Origin: Marsupella aquatica | Lineage: Eukaryota; Plantae; Marchantiophyta | Length of the DNA: 64,000 bases | Direction: 5' to 3' | Assembly (NCBI GenBank): GCA_973895155.1 | Contig: OZ316898.1 | Coordinates: 13,295,659-13,359,658 of the forward strand | Shown: positions 27,689-41,655 of the stretch, in pieces | How the letters are laid out: the number at the start of each line of letters is the position of its first letter | Numbering within the stretch: the first letter of the stretch is position 1 | The notes under the pieces: model-generated | What the model was told of the DNA's origin: nothing | The model's database searches: none | Seen by the model: the letters and a program-made list of their open reading frames with translations, nothing else | Program-made: the position numbers and the translations under genes

Positions 27689-28023
27689 AGTGATTGTTTG
27701 AATGGTTTTGGCCACAAAAAATTGAAGGGCCCACAATTGGTGTGTTGACCCAACTTTAGTTGATAAAGTTGCAGGACCACATAGGATTATGTGCTCACGC
27801 CCTTGGTGAAAGCAAGCTAAACTCAGAGATTTTAAAAAAATATGGAACTTAACAATTAGTGATCAATGACATGCGTAGCAGCACACAGATCTAGTCAGAA
27901 GGCAAGTTATTTTCCTTGAAAAGAAGGCAAGTTATTTTGGATGGCGAAGGTGTCAAAGATTTTGACAAAAAGAGAAGACATTTCGGAATGAATCAAAATC
28001 ACGTGGTACATGTAATAGAAAAT

Positions 28024-28300
28024 CACTAGTAGAAAACCACCCATTTCATGACCAGACCAGTTATGACAGGCTTGACCATCAAACTGCTCTAATATAACTT
28101 GAGTCTTATGGATGTGACCCCATATGACTTGTCAATCACTAATAAGTCTATGTACCTGTCTACGTAAGACACTAGAGTATTGAAATTCTGAATAGTGGAT
28201 AGTCATAGTCATGCAGCTTAGTCTTAGTACGTAATATAAATACCTTTGGTCCAACCATGTCCAATATAGTCATAAAATTGACTTGAACATTTTCATTGTG
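28024..28300 (+). mobile_element. Probable CACTA terminus with ATGAC/GTCAT subterminal repeats
   Basis: CACTAGTAGAAAA at 28024 followed by repeated TGAC motifs. The matching right end was not securely found. Confidence 0.45.
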
Positions 28301-29626
28301 GGATTAAATCCCGTTACTCCCACTTGGGCAACTTTCATTTTACCGTGACCATCCATTTAAACAATGTACATGATGTGGTGTGGTTCACATGAACACTACA
28401 AAAGACCTTCAATGTCAATTTTTTGGTTTAGGAAAAGATTATGAAAAGACTCTTGGCTTCCTAGCTACTTTGTGAAGGGTGAACACTAGTCATGATAATG
28501 GGCATATGGGGGGAGGGTGTTGGTTGCACAACTAATTTGCCAACCTCTTTACAGCTAACATCCCGCTATATTGAACATAGACTCCAAAAATCTTCAAATG
28601 CCCTAATGTCTCATTTACACCAAAGTGGGTTGTTTAGGGGGGGTTTATATCTCAAGGCTAGGGGGTGGCCGGGTTGTCACTAAAAGGGGTTTGGGGGGTT
28701 TAGATGTCAAGGGTGGGGGGTTACATCTTAAGGGGATGGGGCGTACGTTTAGGGACCATTGGATGGAGTCCATCCCCACCATCCAAAAATTTCCCGTTCT
28801 TGCGTCCCGTTCCCCCTTTCTGTTTATGGTATGACATGTCGTCCCTTCCTTTGGTCCTGATCCTTTGGTTGCCTAGTGCTAGGGTTTTGGTTTTCTGCCT
28901 CCACGTTTCCTCGTGCTTTTGTTCCACTTTGAGGTCATTCTAGTGTTGTTAGTCCCGTTGCTGCCCGCCCCATTGTTGTGTGTTCCGTTGAAGCCGCTTC
29001 AACAAAGGTGATCACTCCTGATGCGAAAGGCATTCAATTTGAGGGAGCTCATTCTTGCTATTGTGGAAGGTGATTGCTACTCTTTGTAGAAGGTGATGAA
29101 AGCGGACTTGAAGGGAGGTGATCGCTCTGTTCTATAAGGTGGACTATGGAGCTCACAAAGGCAGTGAAAGTTTAGTCAAGGTAGTTGGGAAGGGGGCAGG
29201 AGGAAGTTGGGAAGGGAGCCGGGAAGGGAGCCGAGTTTAGGCCTACAAGATCGGAGCCTGCATTTGCAATAACTACAACATTGCAATTGACATTGCAGGA
29301 TCGGGGTCTGTATTTTGTATCTCCACGTTTGCATAACTCATTCTGCCAATTCATACTCCATTATGCGCCATCGCCCTTGCTTCATTGCTGATTTCTCCTT
29401 GCCCTCAAAGTACTTATGTTCACTGAGCTGCAGTTGGATAGGAGTTGCAATAGTTATGGTCGAGGAGGAGCTGTGAACTTGTTTACTCTTTGAAGTTTTG
29501 GTGGCTGTGGTGCCCTTTTTTTAGGAGCTTTGAAACAGGTAGGTGATCTCTCTTATTTTCAATTTTAAGGTTGCGATGTTGTTGTTTAGTTTATAATTGA
29601 TTCTTTTTCTTAAATTCCATGAGCGT

Positions 29627-30601
29627 TGTCCGGGTGACCGTGTTTTCTGGTAAGAGCATGTTGGCTCTTATGAAGTTAACCTTGCATGTCCATAAGTTAT
29701 ACACTAAAACCAAAATGATAACTCTAGTAACAAGGGTAGTGGGTATTAAGAAAGGTTCAGGTGAAACTATTAAACCCTATTTTACCATACTTGCAGACCA
29801 ACACATATTGGAAATTAATTTTTTTATGACATGTGATCCTAATATCTCCAAGAAAAATGGAACAAGAATGTCATCTAGACTTCTATTCAGATCCATGACT
29901 TTAATAAAGGACAAAGATAATGCACTCTCACTCCTCTTGATAAGATATTACTGGATATACTATTGGCTCGTTAGAACCCATAATAGCAACTGCAAATTGA
30001 GCTCCAAAATAACAGGTTAAATATTTCTAGATTCGTGGTGGCTCTTTTGTTTCTTTGCTATCCGGGCCAAGGACGCCCTACCCCTAAGTTTCCAAAGAGA
30101 TCTTATATTCTAAGGTTCCATCTATAAATCTACCACTTATTCCTTTGCTATCTGTGCCAAAGGACGCCTCACTACTATGTTCAAGGTGCAAAGAGCTTCA
30201 CAACCGTACCTTGAATGATGAAAACTGAGGAATGAGGGGAGAGTGTCTTTCTTCACGTTATTTATAGTGCTCACCAAGAGGACTGGATCAAGCCCAAACA
30301 CTTGGATGAAGGCCAGGTGGAAAGCATCTAAGATACAAGAGTGTGCTAGTACTGTAGCCAAAAGATAGTGGGGAAACTATACACTATACTGTAGCTAGTA
30401 GAGCTACTGTAGTCCATACACTATAGCTAGTGGAGCTACTATAGTCCGTACACTATAACTAGTAAAGCTACTATAGTCCGTACACTATAGCTAGTGGAGT
30501 TATTAAAGTCTAAATCTTATAATCTAACTACTAAATTATTTATATAATCTATAACATATTAAAATAAACAATTTTCTATATATTAAAAGAAAATCAGGAC
30601 A
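29627..30601 (-). mobile_element. Solo LTR family D, copy 2
   Basis: TGTCC...GGACA termini with TSD GCGT (or AGCGT). First about 720 bp homologous to D1. Confidence 0.82.
30380..30510. repeat. 32-bp tandem repeat TACACTATAGCTAGTGGAGCTACTATAGTCCG in LTR D2
   Basis: About 4 visible units. Confidence 0.85.
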
Positions 30602-32738
30602 GCGTGTTTGTAACTCGAGGCGATCAAAGTATGTTTGCAAGCTGTGAACAATCTGGTTGCGCACAATTGCTGCTTGTCCATACTTGGACCCTTTTGCTGC
30701 ATCATTGCCCACATTGCTCAGCTCTGATGACTCAGTTCTCTCCTATGTTTGTTCCTTCGATCCCTCTTTTTGAAGCTGCTCTTTGCATTGTTACTTCATT
30801 TGGCCACATAGGCTCTACACAATTTCTATTGTTGTTTCTGTACTCTGTTTCTCTGTTTGTGTTGCATTGAATGATCCTGTTGATTGCATTCATAGTTCTC
30901 ATTTTTTATATTCATTTTAAGAACAATTTTTGATAAGAGTGCTAATATATATGGCAACTATGTAATGGCTGAATATGAATATTTCCAAAAGTATAATCAC
31001 TGCAGTTTGATTCCATAATCACTTGTACAATTCAAGACTCTTTCTAGATATTGTAATCGGCAAGAGTGTGGCCCTTAGTTGTCAAGTTAGTAACTTGTAC
31101 ATCCAAATGCTGAAAGATCAGCAAGGAAGTCAATCGATACCATTTATTTGGCATGTTTTCCACTCTATGAATGAATAAACAATCTTGAGGAGAATCTCAC
31201 CTTTAATGCATCTACTAGATATATCTCAGGCTAATCCAACATCAACACAAACACAATCAGCGGGCTAGATATATTTCTTTCAAGAGTTATCCAAGACTTG
31301 TGGAAATAGAAGCGTGCAAGATCACGACTATAGACCTTGGGCAAGACTGGAACAAGTTTGACCTCAAAATTGACCAAAATTGATAATTTTGTGAAGTCCT
31401 GCCATGGTCTTGGCTTGCTCTCTGGTCTGGCTTTCTTGCCTTCATGATTATCTGACCATCCCATTTTGCTGAGGTCCCTGGGCCCTCAGCTTATGAAATA
31501 ACAAAACATACGTGCAAACGTCTGACGGGTATTTTAAATCCATTTTGAAAATAATATTAGAACAAGGTTAGAATGAACTATGGCACCATATATGCTTAGT
31601 CTAGGTTAGAAGGAATGGAGACTATTGTGAATTTGGTTGCCCGTTACATTAGCTGGTGGGGTATGTAAAAAATCCATGATAGGTGTCAGCATTTTATTGG
31701 TCCACGTGTTGTAGTCTTATTGGTTTGGGTATGTGATAGGGTCAGTCTCTCGTACCAGTTCTCACACAAGAACCCTAAATCCCCTCCCCAACCCTATCGT
31801 ATTTGGGTGTGACCTGGGTTGAATGTGGGTTTTGGGTTTTGGAGCCATTCAATGGGAGGTTGCCCTAGAATGGACAGCCCAATATGAAGAAGATGCCTAT
31901 ATGCATCCCCTAATTAAACCTTGTTTTTATAACAAATGAAGGGTATTTTAAATTCCACAATATCAAAGATTATAATAACCTAGGAGGATTTTATATAAGA
32001 CTAAAATTTGTTTTTAGAACTAACAAGATAGACTTAAATGTTCCTCCGAAATGTAACAAGGGGTACCTGGGGAGGCTTTGGTCACAGGTATATCTCATTA
32101 CATCACCCTTAGTGAGGGCCCAGGGGCTGAGGTATGTTTCAGCATTCATGAATGAAGTTCAAGTCCGATAATGAGACCTTGTGTGGTAGTTGACTGAGCT
32201 GTAGTTTCCGACAACACAATTTATAGCCTTTACTAAAATCATGTGGCAACTACGTAATGGCTGAATATGAATGTTTCCCTTTGCCCTCAAAGCATGCTGC
32301 TAAGATTGAGTAGCACATACCATTATTAGCCATCTACAAGCTTGTTACATTGTCTATCTTTTGAGCAATGCTGGTTAATTGCCTAAGCTATTGTGTTGCC
32401 TGAGCTGCTTTGTTTGCTGAGCAGCTCAAAGAGTTGCAGTCAAGGAGGTGCTAAAGGCAAGGAGAAGTTGTTGTTGGGGATGACCTGTGTCCCATGCATG
32501 GTTGCAGGTCAGTCAACTACAGCTGGTTGCCAGAGCTACAGGTTAGTCTTCTGCATCTTAAACCAAAACCATGTTTTGTGCTGCTAACTACCACACAAGA
32601 TCTCGTGCCATTGCTTGTTGGTGCAGCGTCAAACCAAGTCTTTAGGTACCATCCTATTCTAAAGGGCTTCCAACAGGGCTAGCTGTGACCAAAACCCCTG
32701 CATTGTCTCCAGCACTAGAGCCCTAGCATGGCTGGAAT

Positions 32739-33032
32739 CTTGGGGGTCTCACTATATGGATGCCTCTTCATCACTTGCGATGTTTTTAGGCCTCAGACCC
32801 CCTAAAATGTAAGAAAAAAATATTTTTCAACCCCTATAAAGTTAGAATATTCTTGGAATATTCCAAAATATTGGTTATAAGGACCCTAATGTTTTTATGA
32901 TTCTCAAAATTTGATTTAAAAGACCCTATTGTTTTTCTCAAAAAATTCTTAAGTTCTCCCTTTGAACCAATAAAATGACCCTATACTTCGTCGCACGTGA
33001 TGTGCTATTTTTGTGGAAGTGAAACCCCCAAG
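32739..33032. mobile_element. hAT-like MITE family M2, full copy
   Basis: 15-bp TIR CTTGGGGGT(C/T)TCACT with perfect 8-bp TSD GCTGGAAT. Confidence 0.9.
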
Positions 33033-33439
33033 GCTGGAATTGCATTTGTTTTGTCCTCTTACACTGAGTAGTTTGTTAGGTCGGTGGCAGTTTTCATTGT
33101 TTTATCCTGTGTGCTCGACCCAGTCAAGGAAAGTCTAATAGAATTATCTCGTCTTACCTATTTTCATGTAAGACTTGTATGCTTGTGCTTTGATTTTAGG
33201 AATGTAATGAGTTAACTTTCACGGGTCTCATGTTGTCAATTATAGTCATGGTTCTAGTCCTATGTGTAGACCGCATTTGCCTGAGGTCGAGTTAAAATTT
33301 TGACCACTTGGTCAAAGAATACTTCAATATGCGGTAGTGAACTAGACTAATGAGTAATTTTGGGTCATAAAGTTATGATCATTATTGTGATACGGGCAAC
33401 ATGTCACTTAACCGAACGCAGGTCATAGATTAGGATTTA

Positions 33440-34295
33440 TACGGCCATTAGGACCATAGCCGTAGCGTCGAATAGCACGAATAGTCGTCTTTGCCATTAT
33501 GAATAGATTAGGAGTAGGTTAGTTGACCAAATGATTACGAATTAAGGAAGAGGATTATTACGCTCGACCGAGGTACGGTGGCGACGGCAGAATAAAAATC
33601 TATTAGGAGAATCATGCTTGGACCAAGACGCCGACTTCAGCTCATTATCAACGACCAAAACGGCCTTGCCCTCTCACGCTCGAGCTCACCCTAGCACCCC
33701 TATAAGAGCGGAGTCGATGGCGCTGTGGGTCATTTGCTCATTTCTACCTTTCGGGATTCGCGGATGCTGCCATTCACTCTCGCCTCTGGCTCAAATCAAG
33801 CTGACCTTTATGAGGAAGTTATCAAGGAATAAGAGCGGATTGTGGCAAGATTTAGTCAGGGCGAGTAAGGCCTCCACCAGCAAGCGGACTGACCGGGCGG
33901 GAACACGGACTCAACGAACCAGACTACAAAGGTTAGTATGACCCTTATAGCCTTGGGATTTTGGGCCTTGTTTGGCGAGGTTGGTGCTAAACTCTCTGAG
34001 ACTTACTGGTACTCTTGCCCCGAGAAAGCCGCTTATGAACGAAGATACGCGAAGCTGGTGGCCAAAGTAGCACAGGTTAACTGTGAGAAGACGGCCACCA
34101 ACAGGGATTCCAGTTACAACGAGCTGTGGGATTACATCACCGAGCTATATATCAGCGAGGAAGGGTTCAGATTGGTGGCAGAGGCAATTCTTGAAATCCT
34201 CGCAAAGTTCTTTAGGCTGAGGGGCAGCCAGAGACTGACTCCAGTGGAGTTCGACAAGATTCCGGGATACATCGACCAGCAGACCCTTGGTTTAG
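33440..34295 (+). mobile_element. Fragment of a G-like coding LTR (promoter plus first ORF, 33938-34295)
   Basis: TATAAGAG at about 33700 upstream of an ORF weakly similar to 60179-60700 (P..YE.ER.Y.....A). No termini or TSD recovered. Confidence 0.35.
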
Positions 34296-34664
34296 GAGGT
34301 GTTTGCCAAGATGGAATTAGACGGCTATTCTAAGGTTAGTGAAGTTACTATGTACAACATCTGGAATAATTCTTTGATAACTTTGACTTTCACAAGGATC
34401 AGTCTATTCATTAAAACTGGAAAATTCTTTGATCTTTGGACATTTAGGCACCAAAAAATATATATTTGGGCACAAGAATTGTACATTTGGGCAGTGGGAG
34501 TTGTACATTTGGGCACCAGATGTTGTACATTTGGAGGATCAAGATTGTACATAGGAGAAAATGAAATATTAATTTGGATTCTAAAGAAAAACATTTGGGT
34601 GATAATAATGTAAAATATATTGGATAAGAAGTAGAACTTACTTACATTGATTCAATCTGACTAA

Positions 34665-34785
34665 TAGAATATAACTGTCTAGTAAAGCTTCAATATGATC
34701 GCTACCCATATAACTAGTAAAGCTTCAATAATTATGATCTCTACCCATATAACTAGTAAAGCTTCAATATGATCTCTACCCTTAG
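34665..34785. repeat. About 35-40 bp tandem repeat (CTAGTAAAGCTTCAATATGATCTCTACCC), 3 copies, downstream of the transposase
   Basis: Direct repeats visible in the sequence. Confidence 0.8.
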
Positions 34786-35207
34786 CTAGCTAAATTAACC
34801 TTCTACTTAGTTACTAATTGAGAGCATTTAATATATTAAATTTGAATGATACCTGGCTTACTATCCATTCAGACATTCAAGTAATTTGTTACATTCTAAG
34901 CAACTCGAGTTGAAACTAAGGTTTACTAGTAAGAGGCAGTCACATCCTATCATGGATATTAAGACTTCATGTAATATATAGTCTGTATTGATATAATAAT
35001 TAATTAAAGCAATTATAAAGGTATCCAAGTCCAATTACCTCCACCTATTCAAACTAGTATCCCAAAATATTATAATAATTAGTTACTTTAAAAATAGATA
35101 TACTACTTAGTACTAACCAACAGTAAGTACTAAAGACATCTCTAATTCCAAACTAATTGACATAGACTCCCTCACTCTGACAGAGTGACTACTAAAAAAC
35201 ATTTGAC

Positions 35208-38200
35208 TTACTCAACAATCCCTTCCATGTAGGTTTTGAGTGTTTTCAAAACATTCTTGGGAATGGTCAAACCTCTATCAATTATATTTTCTTCTCTAGA
35301 GCGTGACTTGAATCCATACATAGCAGAATTAGCAAATTGCCAACGTTCAGTGGCACTGTCAAACCCAGGATCCACCTCCCAAGTCTTAGTGGTCTGAAAG
35401 CAACGTGAATATCGCACATGATCCGGTGCATCATGCTTACCATGTTTAGGCCTCCACCATTGCACTTGGAACATAGGAGCATACCGTATACTAGTAGGAG
35501 AATTCTCATTGCATTACAATTCTCCTGAAGGAACTTCATGGTTTGGGTCCACAACACCCAAAGCTCTCACCAACTAGAAACGTTCTTTCCCATTCTTCTT
35601 ATCCCATTCATCCTCTGGATGGAGAAATACAAAGTGACCCTCTTGAATGTCCTGCAGAGGAATCCAACGTGCAAGTTCTTGCTCGTGTCGAGCGCCAACA
35701 AATGTTGCAGCTTGATCCTCCATCTCTTCCAGGTACTCATTTTGAAGCTCCACCATTTCTGGATTCTGTGTACTACTACTAGGCTCCCCCAATGGTTCAG
35801 AGGTTCCTGTACTATTAACCTTGTAACCAGTTCCGTGGTTGGTTTTTGGCCAGAACTCATATGTCAATGTTAACTGTATTTCTACCTCCCCTTCAATTGT
35901 AAGCTCCCCAGATAATACTTGCACCACCATCTCCCAATATTTCACCAAAGTAAACCGCTCACGATATGCTGTAGAGGTCTCATCCTTACAACTCTTCTTC
36001 AAAAACTCAATGTAATGATTAAGGAATGGGATGGTTTCTTCAACCTTGCCTCGTACATCCCCGGAGATGGGTTTTGCAAACGGTTGACCTTCTGGTAAAA
36101 TGAGAGCATTGGTGTTGGAATCAGTTCTCCAAATGGACCTTCCGGTTGGAGGGTACCAAGGTTGTTTCACATGTGCTTTGTATTGATAAATTGGAACATT
36201 ATCTCTCATAGAGAACAGAAATACCACTGGTTTTGAGTGACCCTCTATGTCTTTTACCTTGAAAGTTTTCAAAAACTCTTTGTAAGCTGCAACCTCTTGG
36301 ATCAATCGTGGGACAAGATGAATGCTTTCACACTCCCAAACCTCACCCATCAACCCCAAGAGGGTAGAAAACTCAGTGTACTTCACTTGGTTGGATACTT
36401 TCAAAAACAATGCATCGACATCCTCATGGGTGTGACCAACCATGAGAAACGACATCTGCACTGTTTCAAAAACCCCTCTACTAACAAGCTCATTGCAAAA
36501 TGCCATCATGTACTGGTTTTTGTTATCTTTCCCTGGATTATCTATTTGCAAGGTCAGGTGCCTTGGCAATGGTTTGAAAGAGGTAGACGTAGCCTTGGGA
36601 TCAACACCAAAGTCGTCATCCACCACATTTGATAACCCAAGATCTTGGTCATCTTCAGCTCCTTGAAATCTAGCAATTGAGACTTTTTTGGGTCCTAAGT
36701 AACCTGCGAGAAATGCTTCAAAGTCCAAAAGAGATTGAAAAATTGGCCTCGTTGCAGCCCAATATAATCCTTCAAGGAGGTCTCCAGATTTTTCCCCCTT
36801 GTAATCCTCCAGATCTCTAAGGCACTTGGCCAATGATGTCACTGTGAAGTTTGCATCTCCCGGCCAAAGCCCAGTGAAACTGAAGTGAGCATACACTCCG
36901 GGATCCCTTCCATGGGTCAACATCCCAGTGAGCGCAATGGGGAGCGGTTGACCACTACCAGACAATGATTTAGGAGTGGGGACCAACCTAGGGATCGAAG
37001 TCTTGGCTTGGTCCATCTTGTCATGTATAATGCAAAGATAGTTCTCAGGATCCTTCTTCGCAAGAACCCTATGAGCATAGTAAACATATCTCCTAGACAT
37101 TTGCTCACGAAGATGGCCAGCTCTTCTTTCCTCAATCTCTAAATGCTCTTTCTTTCTCTTCTCCCGCATCAACTGATCTTTGAACTTAGTGCAAAGTGTA
37201 CACTTTGCAAATGCACTTCCCTTGTGAAAGTCAAAATTCATGAAGGACTCACTCCAGAGTTTATACATAGTGTTTTCACTCACCTTCACGTAGCCATCTA
37301 ATTCCATTTTTGAGTATACCTCCTCAAAAATCTCTTTCTTTGTGAAACAAGATGGAAGTCTGTACTCAATTGTGTCAGTACCATGAGACCCTCCATAGGG
37401 AAGATGCGGCATGGGTTCTCCGTTTTGGGTTAGAATGGACTCCAACAAAGCACAAGCGTGCAAGGTGCTTCCCCGTGTCTTGTGTGAACCCTTGTTTCCG
37501 TGGAATCCAACCGTGCAACCTGCTTCATATTGATTTTTGTAATCATAATACTTGGCAATGCTGAATCCATGCATTTTAATAAATGCACCCTTGCAAACAA
37601 GTCTACTTACAACAAAATATCCTTTTGTCTCCACTTCCTTCTCCCTACAGCCAAAAAGAGTGAGAATGTGACTGGTTTTGTTGTCGCTTGACATCCCATG
37701 GTATTCCCTCCTTATCGCCTGTAGGTCTTCTCTCGGCATGTTGAGGCAACACTTCAACTTACAACAACCATCTCTTTGGATGGAGTCAATTTCCTCCTCT
37801 GTGATTTTCAGTATCGCCCGAGACTCCAAGTGCTTCTTCCTTTTTTCATCTGGGTTAACCTTTGTTCTCTTGATGAAATTATACGGGCGCTTTGAAAACT
37901 TAGTGTCACCTTTCATATCTACCTCTAGATGATCTCGACCATCAATAATTGGTTTCGGAGAAACCTCTTCAATGAGATCCAGAAGAAAAATACCCCTTGA
38001 TATCAGCAGAAGTGAACGGATGGCCCACCTAACAAGACCAGGCACTCTTGGGGAGATATTTGGGAAAAATAGAGGGTCAATCACGCGTGTGACCACAACC
38101 CCAACGTGATCTGGCCCAAGAACCTCATCATCAATTGCACCTGACTTGAAAGGAACTGGGATGATGCCAACCCCCACTTTGGTCCGATTATCCTCAACAT

Positions 38201-38921
38201 ACAATTCCACCTCCTCGGTCATCCAATTAGAACGCAAACTATAATCCTTGAAATTATAATTTCCAAAAACATCCCGTGTGGACAGGTCGTTTAGTATATC
38301 TTGGGAAGAACTCCTCCGAGTATCATCCTTTAAATTCCAGAATACAAAAGTGTCCAATGCTTCCTGAATGGTATCGGCTCCAGCGTGAGGAAAGGGTAAC
38401 CTCTCCCTTCCTTGAAAAACTTCACATATTTTCACACTAATCCTAGAAGTGCTAAGTCTTTCATTGTGACAGGTCTCATCGGGATTCGTCTTGAATACAA
38501 ATCCACGAGCCACAATCTGATTGCCGATACAGAGCTCGACTTCATCGCCAGATATAATCGAGTCTCCCAAAATTCCCACCAAAGATTTTTCTGGTACAAA
38601 ACCGGGAACCGTATCCTTTGTAGAACAAGAGTCATCCATTTGTGTTGTCGCTGGAGTTGACTGTGACTTCAAATATGCAAAAGAGGCATCCCAAATAATG
38701 CAGGAGTCGACAGCATCAAACAGGGTCCGGATCGGCGGCAAAGGGTAAGGAATTTCCCGTGATCCCTCATAGCACTTCTGAATGAGAACTCCAATACGAT
38801 TACTTCCCAAATCAACATTACGCACTGAGTCACCCGGGTCAACCTTGAGGATGGTCCCGCAAGCAACTTCCACTCCGTCGATTACGAGGAAAACCTCGTC
38901 CCCTCGAAAGAAAATCCCCAT
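35208..38921 (-). CDS. DUF7869/Sola-like DDE transposase with three N-terminal Tnp1/En-Spm-like repeats; two premature stops near the C-terminus
   Basis: ORF 35574-39107, likely ATG at 38921. Motifs IIHDKMDQAKT, LQIDNPGKDNKN, FLMVGHTHEDVD, plus CxxC and CCxxxC. In-frame tail 35208-35474 matches the outer copy's C-terminus. Confidence 0.85.
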
Positions 38922-41655
38922 TTTGAAAACGTGGTCCAAACCGTTGGATGTAGTTACCTCGAGATGATCTCGAGGTAAAGTGACTACAAAAACAAACCAA
39001 AAAACCCAAGTGTAGAAGTTTATCCCGCAAAACTGTGTGATAGAGAAAATAAGAAACTCTTCTACCTCGAGACAATCTCGAGGTAGAAGAGGGACCAAAA
39101 ACACCAATATGTAAAAATTCAGAAGTATTTAGCTCAAGACGATCTTGAGGTAGAATATGAAATCTCACTAAATAGCGAATTCAGATTCTATAACTCCGAC
39201 TATCTACAAACCCAATTAGAAGAAGGACAACCGAATGCACGATTAGATAGAAGGCAAAAGTTAATAATTTTGAGGATCAAACTTATGACTCGAGATGATC
39301 TTGAGCCAAAAAGGAAATTGTATTTGACAAAGATACTATTATGAATAATAAGCACCCCAAAATAAGAACATATAAATGGCTCTAGATGATCTAGAGGTAT
39401 GATTTGGTGCAATTAAGAAAGTAGGCTCTCAGTTTACTGAGAAATAGCTTCTAAAAGGCCATCAAATAGAGGGAAAAGGCTTCCAAATGGATTTTGACCG
39501 ACATTAGTATAAGCTAAAAAGGTTTGGGTTTCTAAAAGATAGGAGCTCAATTATTTTAGACCTCCTTCAGAGCTTAAAATGATAATGTCTTGACATATCC
39601 TAAACACAAATGCAGAGTCCACAACCCTTAAAAATAACGATAGAAAGAGATCAGAGCAGAAATCTAGAGCCAGAGAGAGGGAGAGGGAGAGGGAGAGAGA
39701 GCAGAGAGAGGCAAAGGGAGCAACGAGCGAGCAGTGAAACGAAATGAGAAGAATGACCCACGGGAGAGCAAAGAGAAGCAATATATAAAATCCTGACTAA
39801 CAAAAAGGCCAATCAGACGGCTTGGTTGAACTTGTGGCACGGCTAAACTCGCGATAGAGCTGAAGTACGGATAACAATAATGACAACACGTGTGACCATA
39901 ATAATGACTGTACACACCCAGCAAGTTGCATGGCAGCCTGCTTGAGCCTGCACGAGCCCGTGGCACGCTTGGCACGACCCTCAAGGCCGACCCCCGAGGG
40001 GCTTATAGTGGCTTCAGGGGGTTTGAACTCCCCATTTTCACATTCGCCTCCTCGCCTCCTCGCGTCCCTTGCCTCCTTGCCTCTAGATTTTTTTGCGCTC
40101 TTGCCTCGAGATCCTTGTATTAGCCTCAAGATATTAGAGGGCCAAGATTATTTTTTTTCCTCAAGATTTTATAGGGTCAAGATTTTGTGTCTAGGCTCGA
40201 GATTTGATAGGGTTGAGATTTTCTGTTTAGGCTCAAGATTTGTTTTTAAGTTCTCAGCCCGTAGTACATTCCTCTCTTCACCAGCCATGTCGACTGTTGT
40301 AGATTTCTCCAAGGAGGACTTCGCTGAGTACAACCTTGCAACCGTTGGGGATGAGCTTCAGACCCATCTAGACTCAGCGCATCAGATCCATCGCACCATT
40401 AAACGTAATTCATCATCTTTGTTGATTGTTCAGGTTTAACTCGAGATCGTCTCGAGCTTCAATTGGTCCAATTGTTTCTGGATTCCTTGGATGCAGTTGA
40501 GGCTCGAGATCATTTCGAGCCTATTGATGTTTTCTGCATTACTTTGCTTCAAAATTTTGTGATATCAATTGATTTTGCATTTGATGTAAGTGGCATGAGG
40601 CTCGAGATAGCCTCGAGCCAATATGCATTTCCTGCATGTTACCTAGTCAGATTTCTTCAAGCTCTTATAATTCAAAAGTGAACATCATATCCAAAATATC
40701 TAAAATTTCCTTCCTCCAGGGACTTCTCTACCCTCCAACTCGTTCTGATCATTGACATCCGAACGGGTTTGTGGGTATGAGAAGTCAATGGAGAAAGTGG
40801 ATTTTAATCATTGATTGAATATGATGTTCATTGTTGAATATGATATTAGGATCACTCGTTTGAGATGTTAGGCTCGAGATCGTCTCGAGCCAAATATATT
40901 CATCACCAACTTCCATTATGTTCATTCGTATCCCTTGATCGATTTCTTCCAGTTGGAAGGACTCCATGTCGTCTACTTCAATTACTAATATCCTATCCAA
41001 TATGATCCAACATTGCCTTTTGGACCACTTTCTTAGTCCTCCAACTCGTTTGTGAAGATGACAAACCACTGAGTTAGAGGGTTTTGAATGTGGTCAAATA
41101 AGTGACATTGGATCATTTTTGAATGATTTATGATATGCAATGGAATAAAACCTCAACTGATATATCTGAGGATCAAGATCATCTCGAGCCCTTGTATTTT
41201 TCTTTTAAACAGATGGTGGCTCGAGATCATCTCGAGCCTCTTGTAGTTCTTGGCTATTGTGTTCTCTTTTTAGATTTCTGTGATGCCTAGCCAGGAATCA
41301 CTCGGCCAGTTAAGTGGGTAAAGCAGGAATGCACCCTAGAAACACCTTAGTATAAGGACAAAACAAGGAAAATATAAACAATTAGGGGTGACTATGGAAC
41401 CCGGACCGAGGCCGGAGGTAAGGACGCTGGGGGTGAAAACTTGATTAGGGTTAGGGCGCGCTAAGCGTCGGCGGCTAGGAAGGATCAACGGAAGGAAGGA
41501 CCGGAAGAGGAGAGGGGTAAGGACCTCTCGCGAGGAATAGTGGCTCATTTGCAAGAACGAACTGGGCAGACGACTACGGGAGGCCAAATGTTGTCAGCTG
41601 CTTAGACAAGCACTCGGGGTGGGAACAGATACCAACGATCGACTCAAGGAGGGTA

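Noticed and set aside
28024-33339. Complete CACTA element ending at GGTAGTG (about 33339)
   Set aside because: The TIR match beyond CACTA is poor and the 3-bp TSD is imperfect (AAT/AAC).
38922-39107. Hydrophobic N-terminal 62 aa of the 1177-aa ORF as a transmembrane segment
   Set aside because: Non-ATG start, and the stretch is T-rich with two palindromes; it is more likely UTR or intron upstream of ATG 38921.
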